Assembly (NCBI GenBank): GCA_965203135.1 | Contig: CBDBBO010000002.1 | Span: forward strand, 641,529-705,528 | Reading direction: 5' to 3' | Source: Dehalococcoidia bacterium | GTDB lineage: Bacteria; Chloroflexota; Dehalococcoidia; Lucifugimonadales; CATOSD01 | Length of the DNA stretch: 64,000 nt | Shown: in pieces, positions 35,284 through 44,679 of the stretch | Layout of the letters: every line of letters begins with the position of its first letter | How positions within the stretch are numbered: position 1 is the stretch's first letter | The notes under the pieces: model-generated | What the model was told of the DNA's origin: nothing | Databases searched by the model: none | What the model saw: the letters and a program-made list of their open reading frames with translations, nothing else | Translations under genes and position numbers: made by a program

Positions 35284-36423
35284 CTAGCCGCCGTTCTTGA
35301 TGAACTTGGGTTGCTCGAACTGCCCGTTGACTATGGGCACCGGATCCAGGTGCATCCAGTCCTCGAGCATCGTCGAGTAGACGCCGCGGTAGTCAATGTT
35401 GGGAACCAGGTCGCCCTGCTCGAGTGCCTCGGGCCGGGTGTCCGGGTAGCTGCTGTACATACCGCCCTTGACGTTGGGGCCGATGGCGAAGGCTACGCCG
35501 GCGGCGCCGTGGTCGGTGCCGGAGCCGTTGTCGCGGACGCGGCGTCCGAACTCGGAGAACAGGAACATCGTCACGTTCTCGTCGGCGTCGTGCTCGCGGA
35601 GGTCGTCCCAGAAGTCCGCGATGGCCTCGGAGACCTGCGTCCAGAGCTGGGCGTGGGTCGCGGACTGCGCGGCGTGGGTGTCGAAGCTGCCGTGGCTGGT
35701 GTAGAACACGCGGGTGCCGAGGTCGGCGGTGTGGATCATCGCGATGTCGCGGAGCTTCTTCGCGACGGGGCTCTCCGCGTACTCGACCGTGGACTCGTAC
35801 TGCTGCGGAGCGACCTTGAGGATGTCGGCGCCCTTGAGCGCGTCGAGGCCGGTCTGGCCGAGGTATTCCATTACCTGGCCTGTGCCTACCGCTGGGCCGT
35901 ACATGTTGGCGAACCTCTCCAGTACCTTGTTGCGCTGCTCTTCCTGCTCGATGCTGGTCAGCAGGCCGTAGGTGGTGAGGTCGGCGACGGACGCTACCGA
36001 AACGCCGGGGGCGACGAGCGCCCTGGGCAGCGCCTGGTCGACGTTAACGCCGGTGATGGGGTTTTCGCCCTCGGGGTCGATCTCGCGCAGCGCTCGGCCC
36101 AGCCAGCCTTCGGTGCCGACCTTGTCGGGCTCGCAGGTGTGCCAGATGTCCATCGAGCGGAAGTGCGACCGCGGGGAGTTCGCGTAGCCGATGCCGTGGA
36201 CTATCGCCATCTGGCCCGACTCGTAGATGTCCTTCATGGGACCCATGGCCGGGTGCATGCCGATCTCGTCGTCCAGCGGGAGCACGCGCTGCTGCGGGAT
36301 CTGCAGCGAGCGCCGCGAGTCGTAGTAGTTCTGGTCCGTGTACGGGATGATGGTGTTGAAGTAGTCGTTCCCGCCCGTCAGCTGGAGCACGACTATCACA
36401 GGGGGCTTGCTCGTGTTCGCCAT
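35284..36423 (-). CDS. DUF1501 domain protein (sulfatase/alkaline-phosphatase-like), lacking the usual Tat leader
   Basis: VIVVLQLTGGNDYFNT, HPAMGPM, FDTHA, SEFGRRVRDNGSGTDHG. The protein begins directly at the conserved core. Confidence 0.75.
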   Translation of the reverse strand: MANTSKPPVIVVLQLTGGNDYFNTIIPYTDQNYYDSRRSLQIPQQRVLPLDDEIGMHPAMGPMKDIYESGQMAIVHGIGYANSPRSHFRSMDIWHTCEPDKVGTEGWLGRALREIDPEGENPITGVNVDQALPRALVAPGVSVASVADLTTYGLLTSIEQEEQRNKVLERFANMYGPAVGTGQVMEYLGQTGLDALKGADILKVAPQQYESTVEYAESPVAKKLRDIAMIHTADLGTRVFYTSHGSFDTHAAQSATHAQLWTQVSEAIADFWDDLREHDADENVTMFLFSEFGRRVRDNGSGTDHGAAGVAFAIGPNVKGGMYSSYPDTRPEALEQGDLVPNIDYRGVYSTMLEDWMHLDPVPIVNGQFEQPKFIKNGG

Positions 36424-36476
36424 TCTCCTTCTCCTTACCTTGGCTTGCTGCCTTGCTTACTCCGTGATTTGCCGGC

Positions 36477-37886
36477 TTAGCCGAACTGGTACTCCCTGGT
36501 GGCGGCGATGAGCGCCAGCGTCTCGCCCACGCGCCTCGACGACTTCGCGTAGTCCGCGTCCGTCGCCCAAGAGATTGCACCCTCGGACTCCACGTTCGTG
36601 ACCAACTCCGCCTTCGTTGACTCGGCGACCTCAATCGGTCCCATCAGGTCCAGGCAGTGGTCGACCAGCGCCTCGGCACTCATCGACTGCCCGTTTGAAC
36701 CGGCGATCCGCCGGATCATGCTCTGCACGCCCGGAAGGTCAACGTTGTTCACCCGGTCGGCCACGAAGTTCACGCGCTTGACCAGCGAACCGCTGTTGAT
36801 CCACTCCCTGCCGGTGTGCCAGCCCTCCACGCTCGGCGGGTCCAGTATCTCCTGGCCCATGTAGCCGGCATGGTTAGCCATCTCCTCGAGGCGGGGATCG
36901 GCGCCCAGCAGGTCCTCGGTCATTCTGAGGGTTCCGACTACGACTTCGACGGGGCTCTTAACCTTCTGGTACATCGCCTCCTTGAAGAAGTCGGAGTTGA
37001 ACAGCGTCTTGAGCACCGGCCTCACCTCGTAGCCGGAGTCGACGAACACCTTCGAGAGCAGCTTGATCGCCTCGGGGTCTCTCGGCTCCTCGATGTCCCA
37101 GGCGGGCACCTGCGGCTCGTCGGCGACGAAGAAGTTGTACAGGTGACGGGAGATGAACCGGGGGCACGCCTCCTGGCTGACGACGATGTCGATGATGTCC
37201 TCACCGTCGAAGTTGCCGGTGTGGCCCAGGAACGTCTTCTCGCTGAAGTCGTGGTCCTCGGGTCTGAACTCGAACGACCAGGGGTGCCTGCCGTAGGGGA
37301 ACCTGGGAATCTTGGCGGCGATGGTCCAGCCGGTGAAGGCGCGGGAGCACTCGAACACGTCGGTCTCGGTGTAGTTGCCCACGCCGAGGGAGAACAGCTC
37401 GAGGAGCTCGCGGCCCCAGTTCTCGTTGGGGGCGTTCTTGTGGTTCTCGTTGTTGTCCAGCCAGAAGATCATGGCCGGGTTGCTCGCCAGCTTCACCAGC
37501 AGGTCGCGGTAGTTCCCCATTCCGTGGTCGCGGAACATGTCGATCTGGTCGATCATGTTGTCGCAGTTGTCCACCTTGCCGTTTCCAGTGGCGAACACGT
37601 GGTGCCAGAACAGCGCCATCTTCTCTTCGAGAGGCCGCTGGGTGTTCAGCAGGTAGTAGAGCCAGTGTGCCTGGCCGCCCGCGTAGTGCTGGGCCGGGAA
37701 CTCGGTGCCCGGGTGATAGCGGTAGAGCTCGATCACGTCCACCGACGGCGCGGTCGGATTGACCAGCTCCTCGACGGTGGCCTCGTAGCCCTTCTCGACC
37801 CTGGCCTCGATCTCGTCACGGGTAGCGCCGAATCCGGCACGCCGCATCAAGTGAGACATCAGGGCGATGTCTTCTTTGTTGGCCAT
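36477..37886 (-). CDS. DUF1800 domain protein
   Basis: HLMRRAGFGAT, MALFWHHVFATG, NENWGRELLELFSLGVGNYTE. Start at ATG 37886 (AAGGAGGAG RBS). Confidence 0.75.
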   Translation of the reverse strand: MANKEDIALMSHLMRRAGFGATRDEIEARVEKGYEATVEELVNPTAPSVDVIELYRYHPGTEFPAQHYAGGQAHWLYYLLNTQRPLEEKMALFWHHVFATGNGKVDNCDNMIDQIDMFRDHGMGNYRDLLVKLASNPAMIFWLDNNENHKNAPNENWGRELLELFSLGVGNYTETDVFECSRAFTGWTIAAKIPRFPYGRHPWSFEFRPEDHDFSEKTFLGHTGNFDGEDIIDIVVSQEACPRFISRHLYNFFVADEPQVPAWDIEEPRDPEAIKLLSKVFVDSGYEVRPVLKTLFNSDFFKEAMYQKVKSPVEVVVGTLRMTEDLLGADPRLEEMANHAGYMGQEILDPPSVEGWHTGREWINSGSLVKRVNFVADRVNNVDLPGVQSMIRRIAGSNGQSMSAEALVDHCLDLMGPIEVAESTKAELVTNVESEGAISWATDADYAKSSRRVGETLALIAATREYQFG

Positions 37887-38001
37887 CAGTTCTCCTCCTT
37901 TCTCTTTCTGCAATGGTTAACGCTGGTGATGCCTGTCGCGGAAGATTCGGTTGAGTTACGAGGGATGTTCACCCCCTTCCTTCCGGATGCGGCGGCCCAC
38001 G

Positions 38002-38457
38002 CTAGGGCTGTCCCGCTCCTCCAGACTGGCAGTCCGGGCACATGCCGTAGTAGTCCATGCGGCGGCCCGTGATTTCGTAGCCCGTTACGTTGGACAGGTC
38101 GTCCAAAGGTTCGTCGTGGTCGACCGAATCCAGGTCTTCGATCTTCTCGCAGTGCAGGCAGATGAGGTGGGGGTGATGGTGGCTGCGCCTGCCGTCGTAG
38201 CGGTTGGCGGCACCACTGAACTCGATCTCCAGCACTTGTCCGGTTTCTTTGAGCAGCTCAATGGTGTTGTAGATCGTGGCGAGGCTTGTGCGGGGGTGAA
38301 AGCGCCTGACTTCTTCGTGGATCTCGCTGGCACTAGGGTGGCTCTCGCTGCACACGAGCACCTCAAGCATCTTGTCGCGGCGCGGCGTGAGGCGGGTGCC
38401 CCGACGCTTCAGGGCGGCCCGCATCTCAAGAAGCCTCTGTTTCTCGGTGGAGGTCAC
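38002..38457 (-). CDS. Fur-family metalloregulator (Fur/Zur/PerR type not resolved)
   Basis: GTG start. Winged-helix N-terminus (SASEIHEEVRRFHPRTSLATIYNTIELL), HHHPHLICLHCEKI and CPDC (two CxxC pairs). Confidence 0.8.
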   Translation of the reverse strand: MTSTEKQRLLEMRAALKRRGTRLTPRRDKMLEVLVCSESHPSASEIHEEVRRFHPRTSLATIYNTIELLKETGQVLEIEFSGAANRYDGRRSHHHPHLICLHCEKIEDLDSVDHDEPLDDLSNVTGYEITGRRMDYYGMCPDCQSGGAGQP

Positions 38458-38509
38458 TCTCGGTTACCTTACCGCTAACTCAGGGACCGATTGTCCCCGC
38501 TTTCACAAG

Positions 38510-38524
38510 TTAGAATTATTCTAA
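38510..38524. promoter_or_regulatory. Fur-family 7-1-7 box TTAGAAT-T-ATTCTAA
   Basis: Perfect inverted repeat, AT-rich in a GC-rich background. 12/14 match to the PerR-type TTATAATnATTATAA. Lies 53-67 nt upstream of the fur-family GTG and contains a TAGAAT -10-like hexamer on the gene strand. Confidence 0.55.
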
Positions 38525-38827
38525 ATCCATTTTCGCCCTTAAGGTATTGCAACGATTCCCGCTTGTCAATAGTTAATCGAGCTAAATCTGCAATCTGGCT
38601 CGGGATGCAAGAAAGTTGTTCGATTCCGCGACATTTTGTTGGGTTCGTAGCTGGGAGTGCCGGCGGCCCCGCTCAAATCTGTAATGCTCGCGTGGGCAAA
38701 TCGTGGCATAAGTGTCACGCCGCGTGGCAGAAAAGGACAGGGGCGGATTGTCCGACCGGCTATCTCTTCAGTGACCATTTACACTCGATGTGACGTGTGC
38801 TCTCAACTTTCACCTCTTGGCAAGCTC

Positions 38828-39054
38828 AGGGCAGGCTCTAACCCGCCGCCAGTCTTGGGGGAGGGGACTAACGCCTCGCATGGATGAGAATAGCACGGCT
38901 GTGCGTGTGCTTCAAGAGCGGTGGCGAAATTGCGGGATTGGGGCGAATCGATGGGGAGAAATGGCGCACGAATGAAAACGGGTGAGACGTGGGTGAGAAT
39001 GGGTGAGACACGACTGGGAACGGGTGGCGCGGGAAAGTGACGGTTTTTTCGGGG
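38828..39054 (-). repeat. Intergenic promoter module, copy B (only uninterrupted copy)
   Basis: The minus strand carries, in order, the C-rich arm CCCCGAAAAAACCGTCACTTTCCCGCGCCAC..., TTGAAG (38915..38910), 17 nt ending in CCGTGC, TATTCT (38892..38887), and the hairpin GGCGGGTTAGAGCCTGCC (38847..38830). About 75-80% identical to copy A by eye. Confidence 0.7.
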
Positions 39055-39203
39055 TACGGGGGAGCGATGGGGTAGGGTGTGGCGGGAGTGAGTGCGGCCG
39101 ATGCGCGCTGGGGCCTTTGGGGTGCGGTCTCCGCGCGTTTGCCATGTGGGGCGGGAACCTTCACAATGTGCCCTGTAAGCGTATTGAGATTTCGGAGGTT
39201 GTT

Positions 39204-40052
39204 ATGAACATTGGCGTGTCGATGCCGTTGCCCGCTTACACCATAAATGCGGCGTTCATGGCGAGCAAGGCCGAGGAACTGGGATTCGACTCCTTGTGGT
39301 ACGGCGAGCACCCGGTTATGCCGGTGGAATCGGCCAGTCCATTCCCCGGCTCCGAAGACGGTGTGATTCCCTGGACGTATTCTCACTTCGCCGATCCCTA
39401 CATCGCACTGGCGCAGGCATCCGGGGCGACGAGCACCATAAAGCTGGGCACGGGGATAACGCTGGTGCCCGAGCGCAACCCGCTGGTGCTGGCGAAAGAG
39501 GTCGCCACGCTCGACCTGCTGAGCGGCGGCCGGTTCCTGTTCGGCGTGGGCGCGGGATGGAACAGAGAGGAGACGGAGCTGCTGGGCGGCGACTTCGATC
39601 ATCGCTGGACGCAGGTGCGCGAGGCGGTGGAGGCGATGAAGGTGCTCTGGACGGAGGAAGAAGGGGAGTTCCACGGACGCTACTACGACTTTCCCCCTGT
39701 CAGGTGTTACCCCAAGCCGGCGCAGAAGCCGCACCCGCCCGTCATCCTGGGGGGCATGGCGCGCAACGTGTTGCGTCGCATCGTGGCCTGGGGCGACGGC
39801 TGGCTGCCGAACCGCATCACCCTGGAGCGGCTCCGCGAGGCGCGCGCGCAGCTCGACGCGCTGGCCGGCGAGGCGGGGCGAGACCCCTCGTCGCTGACCA
39901 TAACAGTGTCGGGCCAGCCCGCGGACCGCGATCTGATCGAGTCGTACATCGAGGCGGGCGCCAACGGCGTGGTGGTGCGTCCCGAGTACATGGAGACGGA
40001 AGAGGAGATGGGCAACGAGTTGGAGCGGATCGCGGAGGCCGTGCTGCGGTAG
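39204..40052 (+). CDS. LLM-class (luciferase-like) F420/flavin-dependent oxidoreductase
   Basis: MNIGVSMP..., AEELGFDSLWYGEHP, TIKLGTGITLVPERNP, LDLLSGGRFLFGVGAGW, PPVILGG. Start at ATG 39204 with GGAGG 5 nt upstream. Confidence 0.8.
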   Translation: MNIGVSMPLPAYTINAAFMASKAEELGFDSLWYGEHPVMPVESASPFPGSEDGVIPWTYSHFADPYIALAQASGATSTIKLGTGITLVPERNPLVLAKEVATLDLLSGGRFLFGVGAGWNREETELLGGDFDHRWTQVREAVEAMKVLWTEEEGEFHGRYYDFPPVRCYPKPAQKPHPPVILGGMARNVLRRIVAWGDGWLPNRITLERLREARAQLDALAGEAGRDPSSLTITVSGQPADRDLIESYIEAGANGVVVRPEYMETEEEMGNELERIAEAVLR

Positions 40053-40100
40053 CCGCCGGCACCGACGAGAGCATTGCCCGCCACGTTCGAGGAGGTAATG

Positions 40101-40529
40101 ATGTCGCGTTCGCATGAAGACTGGATGAGGATAGCGCTGGAAGACGCGGCGAAAAGCGCCGTCGCAGGCAACTCTGCCGTGGGATCGCTGGTGGTAAGAG
40201 ATGGTGAGATAATCGGACGTGGCGGCAACGAGGTCAACTCGACGTCCGATCCCACCGCTCACGCCGAGGTAGTCGCCATCCGAGACACGGGCCAAGTTGA
40301 CCTGTCCGGCACCACGCTGTACACCACGTTCGAGCCGTGTCCGATGTGCTGCGGCGCGATCATGGTCGCCGACGTGGACGTGCTGGTGCTCGGGGCGAGG
40401 CACGACCAGGTGGCGCGAAACTACGGCGACTACTCGGTGGAGAATCTCATCGAGATGTCGGAGTTCGGCGACCGGCTGAGCGTGGTGACCGGCGTACTGA
40501 CGGAGGAGTGCCTGGACATTCGCCAGTGA
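40101..40529 (+). CDS. CMP/dCMP-type zinc deaminase (TadA/guanine deaminase-like)
   Basis: HAEVVAIRD and PCPMCCGAI zinc-binding motifs. The start is ATG 40098 or 40101. Confidence 0.75.
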   Translation: MSRSHEDWMRIALEDAAKSAVAGNSAVGSLVVRDGEIIGRGGNEVNSTSDPTAHAEVVAIRDTGQVDLSGTTLYTTFEPCPMCCGAIMVADVDVLVLGARHDQVARNYGDYSVENLIEMSEFGDRLSVVTGVLTEECLDIRQ

Positions 40530-40550
40530 GGGGCGTGTGGCGCCTTAATG

Positions 40551-40590
40551 CCCCCTCACCCTTACCCTCTCCCCCGCGTGGGAGAGGGGA
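40551..40590 (-). repeat. REP-like hairpin type 1 (reverse orientation)
   Basis: CCCCCTCACCCTTACCCTCTCCCCCGCGTGGGAGAGGGGA. Confidence 0.55.
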
Positions 40591-40710
40591 CTGCGGAGCA
40601 TACTTTGGCGTCGCGCCAGGTTTGACACGAATTGGGCGCGCAAATAGAATTGGGCGAACATCCTGCTGAACGGCGCGGCAACGCTGCCCTGAGCACCTAC
40701 GGAGGACACA

Positions 40711-41541
40711 TTGAACAAGACCACCAAGTTGCGTAATCTCATGGATGAGGGCCTGGTCGTGGCGCCCTTCACCTTCGATGCCTTTCAGGCAAAGATCGCC
40801 GAGAAGGTCGGCTTCGACGCCGTGTACATGACCGGATTCGGCACCGCCGCCGCCCGCGGCTATCCCGACGTGGGTCTCGTCACCCAGACTGAGATGGTGC
40901 AGAACGCGAAGTACATCGCTAACGCTGTCGACATCCCGCTGATTTGCGACGCCGACACGGCCTACGGCAACCCGATCAACACGTGGCGCACGGTACGCGA
41001 GTACGAGTCCATCGGCGTCGCGGGCATTCACATCGAGGACCAGGTGTTCCCGAAGAAGTGCGGCTTCTTCGAGGGCAAACTGGTGGTGCCGGTGGAAGAG
41101 CACGTGCAGAAGATACGCGCGGCGCTTGACGCCCGGCAGGACAAGGACTTCGTGATCATCGCCAGGTGCGACGCGCTGGCCGTGAACGGCTGGGACGACA
41201 CCATACAGCGGTGCCGCGCGTACCACGACGCGGGAGCGGACCTGGTGTTCGTCGACGGAATCCGCACCGACGAGGAGCTTGTCACATACGCCCGGGAGCT
41301 CGCGAACCTTCCGCGGTTCTACAACGGCGGACTGCGACCCACGCCCCAGGTCGCCGACATGGGCTTCAAGATAAACATCACCGGCAACACGCTGGGTGCG
41401 ATCTACAACGCGGTGACCGACGCCTTCACCGAGCTCAAGGAGAGCGGCACGGTGCACCGCAACGGCCAGCGGGACGGCCTGACGGATATGCTCGGCCTGC
41501 CGCGGGTGTACGAGATGGAGCGCGAGTACGGCGTAGTCTAG
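40711..41541 (+). CDS. Isocitrate lyase/PEP mutase family protein, paralog 1 (methylisocitrate/dimethylmalate-lyase-like)
   Basis: TTG start (GGAGG 5 nt upstream). FDAVYMTGFG, ICDADTAYGN, GIHIEDQVFPKKCGF, IIARCDA. Confidence 0.75.
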   Translation: MNKTTKLRNLMDEGLVVAPFTFDAFQAKIAEKVGFDAVYMTGFGTAAARGYPDVGLVTQTEMVQNAKYIANAVDIPLICDADTAYGNPINTWRTVREYESIGVAGIHIEDQVFPKKCGFFEGKLVVPVEEHVQKIRAALDARQDKDFVIIARCDALAVNGWDDTIQRCRAYHDAGADLVFVDGIRTDEELVTYARELANLPRFYNGGLRPTPQVADMGFKINITGNTLGAIYNAVTDAFTELKESGTVHRNGQRDGLTDMLGLPRVYEMEREYGVV

Positions 41542-41614
41542 CGAACGCTCACCGGGCGGTTGTGCCCGGGTGTTCCCCCAGATGAGATCGGCAGAGCAAG
41601 AAGAGGAGGAGAAT

Positions 41615-42601
41615 TTGAGGAAGACTACCAAGCTCCAGGAGCTTTTCAACAGGGAGGAGATATTCGTGATCGCGGGCGGCGGCTGCGCGCTTCACGCAAA
41701 GATCGCGGAGGCGACCGGCTTCGAGTGCGCCTACATGTCCGGCGCGACCACCGCAGCCTACGTGCTCGGCATCCCGGACGCCGGCCTCATCACCATGACC
41801 GAGACGGTGCAGAACGCAGAGCGCATGGCCAACGCCATCAGCATCCCGCTGATTTCGGATTCCGACCAGGGGTTCGGCACCGCCATCAATGTTCGCCGGA
41901 CGGTATCCAGCTTCGTGCGGGCCGGTGTCGCGGGAATCCACGTAGAGGACCAGCCCTTCCCCAAGCGGTGCGGGTTCGTCAAGGGCAAGGAGGTCATTCC
42001 CCTGGATGAGGCCGTCGGCAAGTACCGGGCGGCGGTGGACGCCAAGAACGAGATCGATCCCGACTTCGTGATCATCGCGCGCTGCGACGCCCGCGGCGCG
42101 GCCGGCGGCTCGCTGGACGAGCTGATTACGCGGCTCAAGGCGTACAAGGCGGTGGGGGTAGACGTGCTCTACGCCGAGGCGCTTACGTCCGTGGAGGAGA
42201 TTCTGACCGTCCGTGCCGAGGTGGAAGGCCCGCTGATGGGCACGATGGGCTACATCGAGCCCGAGCCGACCCCGGCGCAGCTCCAGGAGTGGGGCTGGGC
42301 CGCCTCGTTCAACCCCGGACTGGTCGGCGGACCGGGCGTGCAGGGTTCGTGGGAGCACGCCAAGGCGTACAGGGACGGCCCCGAGGCGCTGCGGGACTAC
42401 GAGCAGCGCATCACGAACAACTACAAGTACGAGATGCCCCACATGTTCGACATCGTCGGCTTCCCCGAGGTTGCCGAGTGGGAGGAGATGTACCTGCCGG
42501 AAGAGCAGCTCCAGAAGTACGCGGACTCCATTGGAGGCTACGACCCCAGGGCCTCGAGGGCTCCGGCAAGGGCTGGCGCAGGCTTTTCACGTCCATCCTA
42601 A
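41615..42601 (+). CDS. Isocitrate lyase/PEP mutase family protein, paralog 2
   Basis: TTG start after GAGGAGGAG. The N-terminus LRKTTKLQELF parallels paralog 1 MNKTTKLRNLM. ISDSDQGFG, GIHVEDQPFPKRCGF, IIARCDA. Confidence 0.75.
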   Translation: MRKTTKLQELFNREEIFVIAGGGCALHAKIAEATGFECAYMSGATTAAYVLGIPDAGLITMTETVQNAERMANAISIPLISDSDQGFGTAINVRRTVSSFVRAGVAGIHVEDQPFPKRCGFVKGKEVIPLDEAVGKYRAAVDAKNEIDPDFVIIARCDARGAAGGSLDELITRLKAYKAVGVDVLYAEALTSVEEILTVRAEVEGPLMGTMGYIEPEPTPAQLQEWGWAASFNPGLVGGPGVQGSWEHAKAYRDGPEALRDYEQRITNNYKYEMPHMFDIVGFPEVAEWEEMYLPEEQLQKYADSIGGYDPRASRAPARAGAGFSRPS

Positions 42602-42703
42602 CCTTTCTCCATAAGGGCAGGAAGGTACTTGGAAGCCCCGTCGAGGGGCAAGGGACTTCGAGAGAACCGTGGCAGACAAAACGAGCGAGAGGAGAGGTGA
42701 CGT

Positions 42704-43960
42704 ATGGGAATGACAATCGCTGAGAAGATTCTGGCAGCCCACGGGGGCAGGGACGAGGTTAAGCCCGGGGAGTTCCTGTGGTGCAAGGTGGACGCCTCCG
42801 TCGGCATACCCGCCGAGGCGCTGGCCGAGCTGGACGTCGACAGGCTGTTCAACCCGGACAGGACCTACGTGGTAGAGGACCACCAGGCACCGCCGCCCAA
42901 CATCGCGGCGGCCAACAACATGAAGAAGCTGCGCGAGAACGTGAAGAAGTACGGCATCAAGAACTTCTTCGATTATGGGCGCCAGGGAATCCTGCACCAG
43001 GTGTTTCCCGAGAACGGCATGATAGCTCCGGGAGAGCTGATCCCCATGCCGGACTCGCACTCCACCGCCGGGGGCGTGTTCAACGCCTGCGTGACCAACG
43101 CCGCGATGGACAGCATCCTGGGCCACATCTTTGGTGAGTACTGGTTCAGGGTGCCGGAGAGCCAGAAGTGGAACCTGGTGGGCGACTTCCCCGGCCCGGA
43201 CGGGTTCATCGTGGGCAAGGACGTGGTGCTGAAGATCACGGGCACCTACGGGACCGACATAGGGCTGTACAAGTCGATGGAGATGACCGGACCGGTGGCC
43301 AAGGAGATGAGCCTGGCCAGCCGATGGACCATCTCCAACATGGGCGTCGAGATGGGCGCGAAGTTCTGCATCTTCGAGTACGACGAAAAGACCGAGGAGT
43401 TCCTGCGCGGCAGGATCAGCAGGCCGTACACGCCGGTATTCGCGGACGCGGACGCGGAGTACGAGGACGAGTTCACGCTCGACGTGACCGGGCTGGAGCC
43501 GCAGGTCGCGTGCCCGCACGACCCGGGCAACGTTAAGGGTATCACCGAGCTCGAGGCGGAGAAGATCCGCATCGACCAGGGCCTGATCGGGTCGTGCACC
43601 AACGCCAGGCTGGAGGACTTCCAGATGGCGGCGCGGATACTCGAGGGCAACAAGATTCATCCCGACGTTCGCCTGCTTTGCAGCCCCGCGTCGATGAACG
43701 TGTGGCGTGAGGTGCTGGACGCCGGCCTGTGGCAGACGTTCTCAGACGCAGGCGCAAACATCGAACACTCCACGTGCGGCCCCTGCTACGGCGGGCACAT
43801 GGGTGTGCTCGGCGACGGCGAGGTTTGCATCGCATCCACGAACCGCAACTTCCAGGGCCGCCAGGGCAGCCCCGATGCGTTCGTGTACCTGGCCAACCCC
43901 GCGGTGGTCGCGGCGTCCTGCGTGAAAGGCTACATTGCCGACCCGAGAGAGTTCCTCTAG
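42704..43960 (+). CDS. Aconitase-family dehydratase large subunit (LeuC/HacA/DmdA type)
   Basis: MTIAEKILAAH, DSHSTAGG, GSCTNAR, CGPCYGG, STNRNFQGRQG. Confidence 0.8.
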   Translation: MGMTIAEKILAAHGGRDEVKPGEFLWCKVDASVGIPAEALAELDVDRLFNPDRTYVVEDHQAPPPNIAAANNMKKLRENVKKYGIKNFFDYGRQGILHQVFPENGMIAPGELIPMPDSHSTAGGVFNACVTNAAMDSILGHIFGEYWFRVPESQKWNLVGDFPGPDGFIVGKDVVLKITGTYGTDIGLYKSMEMTGPVAKEMSLASRWTISNMGVEMGAKFCIFEYDEKTEEFLRGRISRPYTPVFADADAEYEDEFTLDVTGLEPQVACPHDPGNVKGITELEAEKIRIDQGLIGSCTNARLEDFQMAARILEGNKIHPDVRLLCSPASMNVWREVLDAGLWQTFSDAGANIEHSTCGPCYGGHMGVLGDGEVCIASTNRNFQGRQGSPDAFVYLANPAVVAASCVKGYIADPREFL

Positions 43961-44065
43961 GCCGGACAGCCTGCAACTGTGAGGACGACGCAGGGGCGGT
44001 TCGTGAACCACCCCTGCCCCAGTCTCACATACTAACTACAACACGACCAACAAGGAGCGATCAGA

Positions 44066-44605
44066 ATGGCTGACGATCTGATTTACAGGGGCAAGGTGTG
44101 GAAGTTCGGCGACCGCATCAGCACCGACCTGATGATGCCGGGCGCGCAGGTGCTCGCCGGCGGCGGACTGGGCAAGCCCCCCCACAAGTGGTGCTTCCAC
44201 GCCAACCGGCCCGGCTGGACCGACGAGGTGGAGGAGGGGGACATCATAGTCGCCGGAGTCAACTTCGGCTGCGGCTCGAGCCGCAACGGCGCGCAGGCAA
44301 TCCAGCGAAACGGTGTTGGGGCGATTATCGCCGAGTCGACGTCGCGCATATTCTTCCGCAACGCGGTGAACAGCGCGCTGCCCACGCTCTGGTGCAAGGG
44401 CGTGACGGACTTGTTCGACGAGGGGGACATCGCCGAGATCAACATGAACACGGGCGAGGTCAAGAACCTGACCAAGGGCACCTCGCTGACTGGAGAGGCC
44501 TGGGCGGAGGACACGCCGCCGATGCAGATTCTGAGGGCCGGCGGGTTTTATCCCTACGTCCGCCAGATGATCCAGGAGAGGGGTCTGCCGGAGCCTGTGA
44601 GCTAG
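44066..44605 (+). CDS. Aconitase-family dehydratase small subunit (LeuD/HacB/DmdB type)
   Basis: GKVWKFGDRISTD, VAGVNFGCGSSR. 179 aa. Confidence 0.8.
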   Translation: MADDLIYRGKVWKFGDRISTDLMMPGAQVLAGGGLGKPPHKWCFHANRPGWTDEVEEGDIIVAGVNFGCGSSRNGAQAIQRNGVGAIIAESTSRIFFRNAVNSALPTLWCKGVTDLFDEGDIAEINMNTGEVKNLTKGTSLTGEAWAEDTPPMQILRAGGFYPYVRQMIQERGLPEPVS

Positions 44606-44628
44606 GGCTGCCTTTTCACGCTCACCAT

Positions 44629-44658
44629 GCCCCTCTCCCGTGATGTGGGGAGAGGGGC
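44629..44658. repeat. REP-like hairpin type 1 variant
   Basis: GCCCCTCTCCC-GTGATGTG-GGGAGAGGGGC. Confidence 0.5.
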
Positions 44659-44679
44659 CACAGCACGTAAGGAAGAAAA

